Assembly (NCBI GenBank): GCA_035491975.1
Contig: DATJJV010000046.1
Location: 1-62,297, forward strand
Direction: 5' to 3'
Length of the DNA stretch: 62,297 bases
Source of the DNA: Candidatus Pristimantibacillus sp.
Lineage (GTDB): Bacteria > Patescibacteriota > Saccharimonadia > Saccharimonadales > UBA4665
This document shows, piece after piece, positions 1-9,635 of this stretch (positions are counted from its first letter, which is position 1; each line of letters starts with the position of its first letter). Under the pieces are notes generated by a model, which saw nothing but the letters and a program-made list of their open reading frames with translations, was not told the origin of the DNA and did no database searches. Position numbers and translations under genes: made by a program.

Positions 1-361
1 AGTTCTGGGAAGCAGTGCTAAGGTTGCGCCCCACTGCACCGGTTAAGGTGATGGTTTGTGCCATGGAACGTACGTTGCCGGTCACCGTACCGGAGATGAC
101 GATGGTTTGTGCCGCACAAAGTACGTCGCCGTTCACCGTGCCGGTGATCGTCACGTTTTGGCCGGCACAGAATACATCGCCGTTCACCCGCCCGGCCACA
201 TCAATCGTCCGGCCGGAAGCCCATAGGGTGCCGTCAACTGTTTCGCCGGCGCCCACACGCGTGCTGTCGCCGCTTCTAAAATTCTGGGCGTGCACAACTC
301 CCCAAGAGAGGCTCAGCGCAACAAACACACCCAGAATCGCTAGCCCAAGTAGTCTCCGCAT
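1..361 (-). CDS. Secreted/membrane beta-helix (bactofilin/polymer-forming-like repeat) protein, 3'-truncated by window edge
   Basis: Not in the ORF track. Read by hand from ATG 361 with AAGGGAG SD: MRRLLGLAILGVFVALSLSWGVVHAQNF...VNGDVFCAGQNVTITGTVNGDVLCAAQTIVISGTVTGNV, i.e. signal peptide plus repeated V-x-G-D-V units. Confidence 0.75.
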   Translation of the reverse strand, partial: MRRLLGLAILGVFVALSLSWGVVHAQNFRSGDSTRVGAGETVDGTLWASGRTIDVAGRVNGDVFCAGQNVTITGTVNGDVLCAAQTIVISGTVTGNVRSMAQTITLTGAVGRNLSTASQN

Positions 362-430
362 GACGCTACTCCCTTAAACTATAGGCAGCGTACAACTACC
401 GCAAGAGAGCGGCAATGAGGTAAGTCACAA

Positions 431-973
431 CTAGGACTTAATAAGTTCGAGCCGATAGGTCCAGCCGGGCTGCCACTGCCAAAAAGCCTGGGTAAGCTCC
501 TCGAGCGCTTTGCCGTTGGCCCAACGTTCCAAACCGTACTGGGTAGCACGGTGGCCAATAATTAGGATGCGCTTGCCGTCGTACTTTGGGAACAACTCCT
601 TTAGGAATGCCTTCATGTAATCGGCACGCTGCCCTAGACTCTCCCCGTTCGGGAAGGGCTCGGTGATACGCTTGACACGCTCGGAGTCCACGAAGGCACT
701 CGGCTGGTGCTCAAAATCGCCGTAATCGCACTCGCGCAGCCGCTCGTCCTGGAAGATCGGGAACCTATCCCCAAAGGCCAATTTGGCAGTCTTGTAGGCA
801 CGCTGCAGGTCAGAGGTAAAAATGGCGTCGAAGTGCTCGCCCTTGCGGCGCTCGCCCAACTGTTTGGCCAGCTCGATGCCCTTCGGCGACAGTTCGACAT
901 CATAATGTCCGGAAGCAATCTTCTGTTCGTTATCAAAGGTGGTAGCGTGGGATTCGAAGACAATTTCAACCAT
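431..973 (-). CDS. Histidine phosphatase (phosphoglycerate mutase-like) family protein
   Basis: FESHATT, SDLQRA, LRECDYG, IIGHR motifs; start moved to ATG 973 (TATAAT just upstream). Confidence 0.85.
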   Translation of the reverse strand: MVEIVFESHATTFDNEQKIASGHYDVELSPKGIELAKQLGERRKGEHFDAIFTSDLQRAYKTAKLAFGDRFPIFQDERLRECDYGDFEHQPSAFVDSERVKRITEPFPNGESLGQRADYMKAFLKELFPKYDGKRILIIGHRATQYGLERWANGKALEELTQAFWQWQPGWTYRLELIKS

Positions 974-990
974 AGTGGTATTATAGCGGC

Positions 991-1431
991 ATGGCCAACG
1001 CTGCACGCGCAATTATCATCCAGGGCGACAAGATGCTTTTGATGCACCGCAACAAGGACGGCAAAACGTATTACACGCTGGTTGGCGGTCGGCTCCAAGA
1101 AAACGAAAGCCCCGAGCAAGCCTTGGCTCGTGAAGTCAAAGAAGAAACCGGGCTGGACGTGACCAGCTGCCGGCTTGTGTACATCGAGGAACACGCCGAA
1201 CCTTATAACCGTCAATATATCTTCACCTGTGAGATCGCCCCGCATGGCGGCGTCGCCATCCAGGAAGCCTCAGAGGAGGCCCTCATGAATAAATTCACTA
1301 CGAATATTCATCAGCCGCTGTGGGTCAACACCTCGGCCTTTGGCACTTTGCCGTTCAACACCGCCCAACTCCAAACTGCTATAGTGAGAGACCTCAAAAA
1401 AGGCTTCCCCGACGTCCCAACGACATTATAG
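991..1431 (+). CDS. NUDIX hydrolase
   Basis: GGRLQENESPEQALAREVKEETG NUDIX box. Confidence 0.9.
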   Translation: MANAARAIIIQGDKMLLMHRNKDGKTYYTLVGGRLQENESPEQALAREVKEETGLDVTSCRLVYIEEHAEPYNRQYIFTCEIAPHGGVAIQEASEEALMNKFTTNIHQPLWVNTSAFGTLPFNTAQLQTAIVRDLKKGFPDVPTTL

Positions 1432-1438
1432 GTTCCGC

Positions 1439-1585
1439 TTAGTAGGTCGAACCGCCGCCTTTATGGAAAAATAACAGATAGATCAGACCGTACACAATAA
1501 TGGCGGCGATCACGTATATCACCACCCAGAACCAGACTGGACGCTTGCCGTAACCTTTTGAAGGCTTTTGTTCGTTATCTGCCAT
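1439..1585 (-). CDS. Small single-TM membrane protein (48 aa)
   Basis: GGGAG SD before ATG 1585; GYGKRPVWFWVVIYVIAAIIVYGLIYLLFF hydrophobic helix. Confidence 0.65.
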   Translation of the reverse strand: MADNEQKPSKGYGKRPVWFWVVIYVIAAIIVYGLIYLLFFHKGGGSTY

Positions 1586-1656
1586 AATCCAACTCCCACG
1601 AGATATTCTACGCCTAGGCAATCAGCGCGCATCGGTATTTCTCACAGTGTGTTGGG

Positions 1657-2190
1657 CTAAGCGGTACGAGGTTGGGCAAATTCGGCGGCCGGGAAGGTAT
1701 CGTGCGTCTTTTTGTTGTCAGGGATGAACAAGGTGTTGCAGACAACCTCAAGACGAGTGTCGTCTTCAAGCGCCTCATAGGTGTGCAGAATGCCTGGCGG
1801 CTGCAGCACAGCAGTTCGGCCATCAAGCACAAACTCGCGTTCGCGGCCGCTAGGGTCGACACACTGCCAAAGAGCGCTGCCGGCCAGTGCCGTCACATAT
1901 TCGGTACGGGCCCTATGCCACTCCTGGCCGCCAATGCTGCCCTGGGGAATGCCCTCTACCTGGTAAGAGCGCAGGCCGCGGATGTCCACGCCGGATTCTT
2001 CTTCAACTTGGTCAAAGGCGGGGTTGTCGTAGTCGAGCAAGGCGCCGATGACCTCTTTTGGCAGGGCGAACTGGACAGTTAGAAATCCGCCGGACTTGGC
2101 TCTCCATCGTCCGCCGACCTCCATAAACCGACTATTATCGATGACCTGAATGTCATCAACAGAGGTATTGGGTCGTGCCTGCTTTATCAT
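1657..2190 (-). CDS. Cupin-fold protein (FdtA/WxcM-like)
   Basis: EWHRARTEYV and PPGILHTYE cupin motifs. Confidence 0.6.
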   Translation of the reverse strand: MIKQARPNTSVDDIQVIDNSRFMEVGGRWRAKSGGFLTVQFALPKEVIGALLDYDNPAFDQVEEESGVDIRGLRSYQVEGIPQGSIGGQEWHRARTEYVTALAGSALWQCVDPSGREREFVLDGRTAVLQPPGILHTYEALEDDTRLEVVCNTLFIPDNKKTHDTFPAAEFAQPRTA

Positions 2191-2234
2191 AATCTAATTA
2201 TTATATAACTTTAATGATGTCAAGTCAACTGCTC

Positions 2235-2331
2235 ACGCGGAGGAATTGTTGCTTCACGCCGCGAGGGTTCGAGCATTTCGCTACAGGCCACGAGCACACC
2301 CGACCTTTCGGTCGGGTACCTTCTTTGTACG
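2235..2331 (-). repeat. Degenerate, core-deleted copy of the family-B tRNA-linked element
   Basis: Aligns by eye with 2861-2886 joined to 2963-3035, including the CCCGRCC-TTTC-GGTCGGG hairpin. Confidence 0.75.
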
Positions 2332-2377
2332 GCTTAGTTAACAAGGCTAGAACCTCATTATTGTATGGCGCTGCCGC

Positions 2378-2800
2378 TTAAGCTTTCTTTCCTCCTCTAA
2401 AAATCCACTGGACTCCATATTTGTCATAAAATTGTCCGTAGATTCCAAAGGGCATTTCATGAAGCTCTTGTAATCTTTTATTATTGTCACCGTCTTTAAG
2501 CTTGTCAAAGACTGGCTGTAGCTCATCATAAGATTCGCCAGTTACAAATATGGCAAACGTGTTTCCTTGTATCGGATCAAAATCAGGAGAAGCCATCCAA
2601 TCAGTAGCCGATATTTCGATATTGCCGCTTTTTAAATGCGCGTTGATAATTCTATCGTGTTTTTCAGGCGGAAACTGAGCCTTCATTGGCGTATCACTAA
2701 GTTTAGTAAGCGTTAACTCGCCACCGATACATCCGTGATAAAACGCCATAGCTTCAGCGCAGTTGCCGTCAAATAACAAAAATGGGGTGCTCTGTAACAT
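2378..2800 (-). CDS. VOC/PhnB-like glyoxalase family protein
   Basis: TPFLLFDGNCAEAMAFY and YGQFYDKYGVQW motifs; start ATG 2800 (the longer ORF runs through the repeat); visibly AT-rich. Confidence 0.85.
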   Translation of the reverse strand: MLQSTPFLLFDGNCAEAMAFYHGCIGGELTLTKLSDTPMKAQFPPEKHDRIINAHLKSGNIEISATDWMASPDFDPIQGNTFAIFVTGESYDELQPVFDKLKDGDNNKRLQELHEMPFGIYGQFYDKYGVQWIFRGGKKA

Positions 2801-2856
2801 GTATCTAATTGTAGCAAAAGAACTTCGGTTCTGACATCTCATGGGGGGTACGGATG

Positions 2857-3028
2857 TGGTACGCGAAGGGATTATTGTTTCACGCCAGCTCGCCTTCAAT
2901 CTCCAGAGAAACTGCTCGTCGGATTCTGCATATATTTGCTGACTGCAGACACCGAATCCGCCGCGGGCGGGTTCGAGTGCTTCGTCACAAACCACGAAAA
3001 TACCCGGCCTTTCGGTCGGGCACTTTCG
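2857..3028 (-). mobile_element. Family-B tRNA-3'-anchored mini-element at tRNA-Arg(CCG)
   Basis: Hairpin, anti-T-arm segment, 95-nt core shared with 48483-48577, and tRNA 3'-end copy at 2857-2873 (2-nt deletion); mobility is inferred. Confidence 0.6.
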
Positions 3029-3105
3029 TGGTACGCGCGAAGGGATTCGAACCCCCGACCTTTGGTACCGGAAACCAACGCTCTATCCAGCTGAGCTACG
3101 CGCGC
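3029..3105 (-). tRNA. tRNA-Arg(CCG)
   Basis: GCGCGCG acceptor, TTGGT-TT-CCG-GT-ACCAA anticodon arm, GGTTCGAATCC T-arm, encoded CCA. Confidence 0.95.
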
Positions 3106-3238
3106 TTAATGAGACAAAACATTACGGTTTTTTCTCATCGGCCAGTCGGGAGAGCCGAGTCGCTGACGCGACCAAGCTGGCCTGCTCTTTTTCCCTACCC
3201 CGGGTTGAAGAACAGGGGTAATTGTACCATAGAATCTA

Positions 3239-3790
3239 CTACTTTGCTTGGTCGTCTTTTTTTTCGGACGAACTGGGGAGCTGGCGCGGCTTGGAAGCTT
3301 CGAGGGTTTGCTGCAGAACGCGCAGCATGGCGTAGGCCTGTTCGCGGCTCATGCCGATTTTGGCGGTGGTCATGGCCTGCGGTGTGCCTATGCCTTGAGA
3401 AAAGCCAAAAATAACACCGTTGGCGTTGGCAGTAACCTGTACGCCGTCGCTATAGATAACCCGCGGATCAACCGCCATGATCATTACCATGGTGCGGTTT
3501 TGGTTGTCGGATTGCGAAGAGCCTCGGTCGTCGTGGTCGTGCGGCTCATCGTAGCCGGCCAACTGCCACAAAATAGCAGCGTCGTCGTCTTGCATACCGA
3601 AGTGGTTGATCAGCAGCAGCAGAATATCTTCACTCGGGCGCTCGCTGCCTTGCTCAATGCGCTGCAGCGACTGCTCGTCGATCTCAACGGCACCGGAAAC
3701 TTCGGCCACACTTTCGTGCAACTTCTGGCGGATAGTCTTTAGCTTCTCGCCTAAATTCTTGAATGGTTGCTCTCGTTGCTCATCACTCAT
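3239..3790 (-). CDS. XRE-family HTH protein with DUF3467-like C-terminal domain
   Basis: [10 protein letters not shown]...[15 protein letters not shown]; VIYSDGVQV...FGF...[10 protein letters not shown]-terminus. Confidence 0.75.
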   Translation of the reverse strand: MSDEQREQPFKNLGEKLKTIRQKLHESVAEVSGAVEIDEQSLQRIEQGSERPSEDILLLLINHFGMQDDDAAILWQLAGYDEPHDHDDRGSSQSDNQNRTMVMIMAVDPRVIYSDGVQVTANANGVIFGFSQGIGTPQAMTTAKIGMSREQAYAMLRVLQQTLEASKPRQLPSSSEKKDDQAK

Positions 3791-3862
3791 ACCGATATAT
3801 TTTATCGCCGATCTCAAGAGGACGCAAGGTCGTACCAGCGTAGCATGCGGTATAATGCGGTC

Positions 3863-4891
3863 ATGGATATAAGGCAGAACGTCTCTTTGCGGGATCATTC
3901 TACAATGCGTCTCGGGGGAGTGGCGGCATACATGGTGGAGGTACGCAGCCGCACCGAGGTGCAGCAGGCCGCGGCTTGGGCCGAAGAGCACAATCTACCC
4001 CTGATCATGATCGGCGGCGGCAGCAACATCATCTGGCGCGACGAGGGGTTCCCTGGCCTGGTGATCGTCAACAAGATTATGGGTTTCGAGGAACAGCAAG
4101 AAGACGACGAAAATTATTTTGTGAACGTCGGGGCCGGTGAAAACTGGGACAGCGTAGTGGCGCGAGTTGCAGCCAAGGGCATGACCGGCATCGAATCGCT
4201 GAGCCTGATTCCAGGCACAGCCGGCGCGACACCGATCCAAAACGTCGGTGCCTACGGCCAGGAGATTGCCCAAACATTGGTGAGCGTCGAAGCCTACGAC
4301 CGCCAGACCAGACAGTTCCTCAACATCCAGAATATGGACTGCGGCTTCGGCTATCGCACCAGCCGCTTCAAGACCACCGACCGCGGCCGTTATTTGATTA
4401 CTGGCATCACCTTGCACTTATTGCACCAGAACCCGCAGCCGCCCTATTACTCCGCCTTGGAAGAATATCTGACCGAGCACAACATTCACGAACACACACC
4501 GCAAAACCTCCGTGACGCGGTGATCGCTATCCGGCAAGCCAAACTGCCCGACCCGGCGGTAGTGGCCAATAACGGCTCATTCTTCGCCAACCCGGTCATC
4601 AGCGAGGGCCAGCTTGCCCAGCTGCACGCCGACTACGGCACAATCCCCAGTTGGCCGGCAGGCGAAGGGAAGGTCAAAATCCCAGCCGCCTGGCTACTGG
4701 AACAAGCCGGTTTTAAAGGCGCCCACGACGAGCAAACCGGCATGGCCACCTGGCCTAACCAACCCCTGGTACTGGTCAACGAACACGCCCAGTCGACCGC
4801 ACAGCTGCTGACCTTCCGTCAGAAAATCCTCGATACCGTACAGCAAAAATTCAACATCACTTTAGAGCAAGAACCCGAGCTGCTGCCGTAG
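3863..4891 (+). CDS. murB: UDP-N-acetylmuramate dehydrogenase
   Basis: [44 protein letters not shown] motifs. Confidence 0.95.
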   Translation: MDIRQNVSLRDHSTMRLGGVAAYMVEVRSRTEVQQAAAWAEEHNLPLIMIGGGSNIIWRDEGFPGLVIVNKIMGFEEQQEDDENYFVNVGAGENWDSVVARVAAKGMTGIESLSLIPGTAGATPIQNVGAYGQEIAQTLVSVEAYDRQTRQFLNIQNMDCGFGYRTSRFKTTDRGRYLITGITLHLLHQNPQPPYYSALEEYLTEHNIHEHTPQNLRDAVIAIRQAKLPDPAVVANNGSFFANPVISEGQLAQLHADYGTIPSWPAGEGKVKIPAAWLLEQAGFKGAHDEQTGMATWPNQPLVLVNEHAQSTAQLLTFRQKILDTVQQKFNITLEQEPELLP

Positions 4892-4994
4892 CTTGCGAAT
4901 GTTCCGATACCGGCCGGAAACATGCTTGTATGGCTTGGCATGGTCTGTTATAACGTGGGTATTCCTATCTAACCTCTAGGGGAGACAAACCGCT

Positions 4995-5825
4995 ATGACC
5001 GAACCGAAAAACTTTCCTCCGAGGCAGGCCGACCCGGCCGAGATGAGCGCCCTGATGGGCCAACAATTCTGCGGCGACTACATAAGTCTGTCCCGATTCA
5101 ACATCACCGACGCCGACACGGTCGTTCTCGACGAGGGGCGGCTGGCGGCCCTGGGCGCACAAACCGACGCCACCGCCTTCGACGGCGTTGTTGACCGGCT
5201 GTACGACTTCCTCGACCGCCCAAATCCTGAACCGGAGGTTTTACTGGAGCTGCCCGAAGAAGTCTGGCGCGGCGACCGCTTGCGACCCACCCACCAGAAC
5301 GGTGTACTATTGCAACTACGCAATGCCCTGGGCATCGACCCCCGGCAATTCGTCCGCGACGACACCGTCGGAGAGGGGCCGCACCGCGACAAACGAGGAA
5401 CGGTCATCCGGAAAGTTTCCTTGCGCTCCCAGGCAGACCTTCCCGGGGCCGACCCGCTGCCGCTGCTGCTTATCGAAGAGCACGGCGCAAAAATGATCGA
5501 CGACTTGCTTCTGCCTATCCGGCGGATATCTCTCGCCTTAGGGCTGCCGGAACGCGGCGCAACCGAGGAAGAGCAGATCCGGGTGATGAATCTCGTGAAC
5601 CGGTACAACCACTATGAAGGGCGGCTCGCCATGGACTATATCAGCGGCATGGCACTGTTGGGCGACACCCCTGAGGCCATCATACGAAGCGGCGGCCTCA
5701 ACCGTTGGACGGCACCTACCTACCGCGATATCTGGCTCGCCACACACCTGCACGACCCGGTGCCCAGGCAAACCCGCGAAGACACCGTATACCTGAAGCG
5801 CTTCGGCAGCATCCCCCTGCGATAA
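4995..5825 (+). CDS. Hypothetical protein
   Basis: 276-aa ORF with GGGGAG SD; no family recognised. Confidence 0.65.
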   Translation: MTEPKNFPPRQADPAEMSALMGQQFCGDYISLSRFNITDADTVVLDEGRLAALGAQTDATAFDGVVDRLYDFLDRPNPEPEVLLELPEEVWRGDRLRPTHQNGVLLQLRNALGIDPRQFVRDDTVGEGPHRDKRGTVIRKVSLRSQADLPGADPLPLLLIEEHGAKMIDDLLLPIRRISLALGLPERGATEEEQIRVMNLVNRYNHYEGRLAMDYISGMALLGDTPEAIIRSGGLNRWTAPTYRDIWLATHLHDPVPRQTREDTVYLKRFGSIPLR

Positions 5826-5904
5826 TCCTCTCTGTAAACAATTTGACAGACGCATAAGTCCTTAGTGACGTCTAATAAACGCATGACGTAAGCGGGAGGT
5901 CACT

Positions 5905-6516
5905 ATGGGTTTGGCAGAAACACTTGAACGGCCGCGGCATGCTGCCATCGGCACAGACGACAACCAAGCAACACCCCTCACCGCTCGCGAAGAAAAGATC
6001 TGGAAAATATTTGTAGACCAGGAAAGCAAGGAACCTTGGGACGAGCCGTTTGAGCTGGAAACCGCGGCCCACTACCTCGGTTCGCTGGCCGGCGATTTTG
6101 ACAGCCCGATCTTCAACCAACTGGCTGCCGAGTGGCAAACACGGGCCGAGCCGGACATAGAAAAGCGCACCCGGGATGCCTGGCTACTGTTCGGTGATGT
6201 GGATTTCAGCAACGACTATGTTGACTTCTCGAATGCGCGGCCGACAGTGGCGCCCGAAGATTTTGACCGCGATTACAACGAGCCGACACCGATCTGGGCC
6301 GGCCTCCAACAAGCCGGGCCGCCCGCCCAGGAACAGAATGCCGAACAATCCCGCCGCGAGGTGGAACTGCTCGAGCGTCTCAGAGACGGCATTGCCGCCC
6401 TACCGGGCGACGACTTCCTCCACAAATCGACGGTGTACTTTGCCGACCCCAACGCGCTGGAGCCGCTGCCCCGCCGGGTGCCTAGCGTTCCCCCGGGAGT
6501 GGATATTGCCGCGTAA
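5905..6516 (+). CDS. Hypothetical acidic protein
   Basis: 203-aa ORF with GGGAGG SD; 35-nt convergent overlap with glyA. Confidence 0.6.
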   Translation: MGLAETLERPRHAAIGTDDNQATPLTAREEKIWKIFVDQESKEPWDEPFELETAAHYLGSLAGDFDSPIFNQLAAEWQTRAEPDIEKRTRDAWLLFGDVDFSNDYVDFSNARPTVAPEDFDRDYNEPTPIWAGLQQAGPPAQEQNAEQSRREVELLERLRDGIAALPGDDFLHKSTVYFADPNALEPLPRRVPSVPPGVDIAA

Positions 6517-7747
6517 AGGCTTCGACTTCTTTCTTGATCTTGGCTAGTTTCGCGTCCTGGCCGTTTGAGGCAATAGCCTGGTCGATCCAGTCAGCAACCT
6601 GATCCATCTCGGCTTCTTTGAGGCCGCGGGTGGTCAGCGCTGGCGTGCCCATGCGGATACCGCTGGGGTCAAACGGTGAGCGGGGGTCAAATGGCACGGT
6701 GTTCTTGTTTACGGTGATTCCGGCCAATCCGAGGGCGGCTTCGGCTTCAGCCCCCTTCACTCCCTTGTTGGTTAAATCAACTAACAACAAGTGGTTGTCG
6801 GTGCCGCCGGTAACTAGCTGGTAGCCCTTGCCCATCAGCTTGTCGGCCAAACGCTTGGCGTTCTTTACAATCTGGTGGCCGTACTCTTTAAATTCCGGCT
6901 GGGCCGCTTCGTGCAGCGCCACGGCGATGGCAGCAGTCTGGTGGTTATGCGGGCCGCCCTGCAGGCCGGGGATGATGGCCCGGTCGATCAACGTCGGCAG
7001 ATTTTCTCGGGTGCGTTCAGCCTTCTTGAGCGGGTCGGACGGGTTGCCGTTACAGAGAATCATGGCGCCGCGCGGGCCGCGCAGGGTTTTGTGCGTGGTA
7101 GTGGTAACGACATCGGCAAAGCCGACCGGCGAGGGATGCGCGCCGGCAACAACCAGCCCGGCGATGTGCGAGATATCGGCAATCAAAAAGGCGCCGGTCA
7201 AATCGGCGATTTCGCGCAGACGCTTCCAGTCGAAGATACGCGGGTAAGCAGTCGCACCGACGAATATCAGCTTAGGCTTATTCTCCTTAACCAACTCGGC
7301 CATAGCACCGTAGTCCAGCAGGCCGTCGTGGCCGGTGTTGTACTGCACGGAATTAAACCATTTGCCGGAGAAATTAACCTTCAGCCCGTGGGTCATGTGG
7401 CCGCCGAAGTACAGGGCCATCCCCATGACGGTGTCACCAGGGTCAGCCAGCGCGAAATACACCGCCATATTGGCCGGGCTGCCAGAGTACGGCTGGACGT
7501 TGGCGTGGCTGACGCCAAATAACTTCTTGGCGCGGTCGCGTGCCAAGTTCTCCACCTTATCGACGACTTCGCAGCCGCCATAGTACCGCTTGCCCGGGTA
7601 GCCTTCCGAATACTTGTCGGTCAGGCGCGAGCCCAAAGCGTTTAACACCTCACGCGAAGTGTGGTTTTCCGAAGGGATCATTTCCAGGCCAGTGCTCTGG
7701 CGCTTCACTTCGGCGGCGATTAACTCTTCGATCTCTTTATCAACCAT
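6482..7747 (-). CDS. glyA: Serine hydroxymethyltransferase
   Basis: LEMIPSEN, YSEGYPGKRYYGG, TTTTHKTLRGPRG (PLP Lys), GIRMGTPALTTRG. Confidence 0.98.
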   Translation of the reverse strand: MVDKEIEELIAAEVKRQSTGLEMIPSENHTSREVLNALGSRLTDKYSEGYPGKRYYGGCEVVDKVENLARDRAKKLFGVSHANVQPYSGSPANMAVYFALADPGDTVMGMALYFGGHMTHGLKVNFSGKWFNSVQYNTGHDGLLDYGAMAELVKENKPKLIFVGATAYPRIFDWKRLREIADLTGAFLIADISHIAGLVVAGAHPSPVGFADVVTTTTHKTLRGPRGAMILCNGNPSDPLKKAERTRENLPTLIDRAIIPGLQGGPHNHQTAAIAVALHEAAQPEFKEYGHQIVKNAKRLADKLMGKGYQLVTGGTDNHLLLVDLTNKGVKGAEAEAALGLAGITVNKNTVPFDPRSPFDPSGIRMGTPALTTRGLKEAEMDQVADWIDQAIASNGQDAKLAKIKKEVEAFTRQYPLPGER

Positions 7748-7921
7748 GTCAATTTCCTTTGGTTTACAGTTTGCAGATGGTTGCCGCCTCAGCTATATCA
7801 TGAAACCTATTGTAGCAAGCCAGCCAAAGGGTGGTAAACTGGTTATACTAATCAAAAATAAACAAACCATTAAATTAGGCGATTGAACCGCTATATCACG
7901 CGTGATATACTTTTAAGCACT

Positions 7922-9442
7922 ATGAATACGACAAATGAGAAAATTGGAAATTTAATAGCACAGATCAGGCAGGAACGTGGCCTTACCCAGGCCGAGTTTG
8001 CCAAACGGCTGAACACCAGCCAATCGGCGGTCAACCGCATGGAGCACGGCAAACAGAACCTGTCGCTCGAGACCATGGGGCGGATCAGCGACGTTCTGAA
8101 CAAACAGCTTATTTCGCTGTCCGATAAGTCGGTGAACCTAAGGATCGAGGGCGGTCACGAGCTTTCCGGCGAGATTACCCTTAAAAACAGCAAAAACGCC
8201 GCTGTCGGCCTGCTGTGCGCCTCACTCCTGAACCTCGGCGTTACTCGTTTTACCGCCTTCCCCAAGATCGAAGAAGTCTACCGCATTATCGAGGTGCTGC
8301 AGAGCATCGGCGTACGCGTCAAATGGATTGGCAACGACCTGGAAATTAAGCGTCCGCGCGAGCTCAAGCTCGACCAAATGGATGCCGAAGCCGCCCGCAA
8401 AACCCGCTCCGTACTCATGATGATGGGGCCGCTGCTGCACGATTACAAAGAGTTCAAAATCCCTTACGCCGGCGGCTGCAAGCTGGGCGAGCGGACGGTT
8501 GAACCGCATCTGTTTGCCTTGGAGAACTTCGGTCTCGACGTCGTGGCCACAAAAGGCCACTACAACGTCACGGTTGATAAGAAAGCGGCCGGCCGCATCG
8601 TCCTGTACGAAACCGGCGACACCGTAACCGAAAACGCTTTGATGGCCGCAGCCAGGATGTCCAAGCCGACAATTATCCAGTACGCCAGCGCCAACTACTC
8701 CGTTCAGGACGTTTGTTTCTTCCTGAAGCGCTTGGGCGTTAAGATCACCGGCATCGGCACCACGACGTTGACTGTCGAGGGCATACCGCAGATCAAGCGC
8801 AACATAACCTACTCGCTGGCCGAAGATCCGATTGAGGCGATGTTCTTCCTTTCGGCGGCTATTACCACCAACTCGAGTATCACCATCCGCCGCGTGCCAA
8901 TCGACTTCCTAAGCCTGGAGCTTTTGAAGCTGCGCAAGATGGGCGTCCGCATCGACCAGACCGAGCGGTACAAGGCTAACAACGGCCACACCGACCTCGT
9001 TGACCTGACCGTTCACAAACACAACGGCGAGCTGCGCGCCCTGCAGGATAAGATCCATCCCAACGTCTACCCGGCTGGCGTCAACGCCGACAACCTGCCC
9101 TACTTCGTGCCGATTGCAGCCGTCGTCCGCGGCCGCACGCTGATCCACGACTGGATGTACGAAAACCGGGCCATCTATTACACCGAGATGACCAAAGTGG
9201 GCATGAGCGCCGAGCTAGCCGACCCGCACCGCTTATTTGTAGTGGGGCCGACCAAGTTCAGTCGCGCCGACCTTGTGTGTCCGCCCGCCCTGCGCCCTGC
9301 CAGTCTGCTGCTCATCGGCATGTTAGCCGCCGACGGCATCTCGACGCTGCGCAACATCTACACCATCAACCGCGGCTACGAAGACTTGGCCGAGCGCCTC
9401 AATTCTCTTGGCGCCCACATTCAGGTATTCCACGAAATCTAG
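7922..9442 (+). CDS. murA: UDP-N-acetylglucosamine 1-carboxyvinyltransferase with N-terminal XRE HTH
   Basis: HTH (RGLTQAEFAKRLNTSQSAVNRME) then SKNAAV, GGCKLGER, PALRPA, RGYEDL. Confidence 0.92.
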   Translation: MNTTNEKIGNLIAQIRQERGLTQAEFAKRLNTSQSAVNRMEHGKQNLSLETMGRISDVLNKQLISLSDKSVNLRIEGGHELSGEITLKNSKNAAVGLLCASLLNLGVTRFTAFPKIEEVYRIIEVLQSIGVRVKWIGNDLEIKRPRELKLDQMDAEAARKTRSVLMMMGPLLHDYKEFKIPYAGGCKLGERTVEPHLFALENFGLDVVATKGHYNVTVDKKAAGRIVLYETGDTVTENALMAAARMSKPTIIQYASANYSVQDVCFFLKRLGVKITGIGTTTLTVEGIPQIKRNITYSLAEDPIEAMFFLSAAITTNSSITIRRVPIDFLSLELLKLRKMGVRIDQTERYKANNGHTDLVDLTVHKHNGELRALQDKIHPNVYPAGVNADNLPYFVPIAAVVRGRTLIHDWMYENRAIYYTEMTKVGMSAELADPHRLFVVGPTKFSRADLVCPPALRPASLLLIGMLAADGISTLRNIYTINRGYEDLAERLNSLGAHIQVFHEI

Positions 9443-9635
9443 CATTTAGGCTTTATACACGCTCTCATTCTAGGCCTACAACAAAATTAAATAATTGTGA
9501 ACTCTACTACCATATAATTCTCATAACGTAAAAACTATTGCAATATTATATATTTTGCGCGATAATGCATGCTATACAATAAATGGCGCACTAAATAAAG
9601 TACGCCAAAGTTCATAGGAAGCTGGGAGGCTTACA

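Noticed and set aside
15-377. 120-aa plus-strand ORF
   Set aside because: Shadow of the minus-strand gene (1-361), which has an SD, a signal peptide and beta-helix repeats.
2801-2995. N-terminal extension of the VOC ORF sharing QQIYAE with ORF 48287-48613
   Set aside because: By-product of the family-B repeat; the VOC domain begins at ATG 2800.
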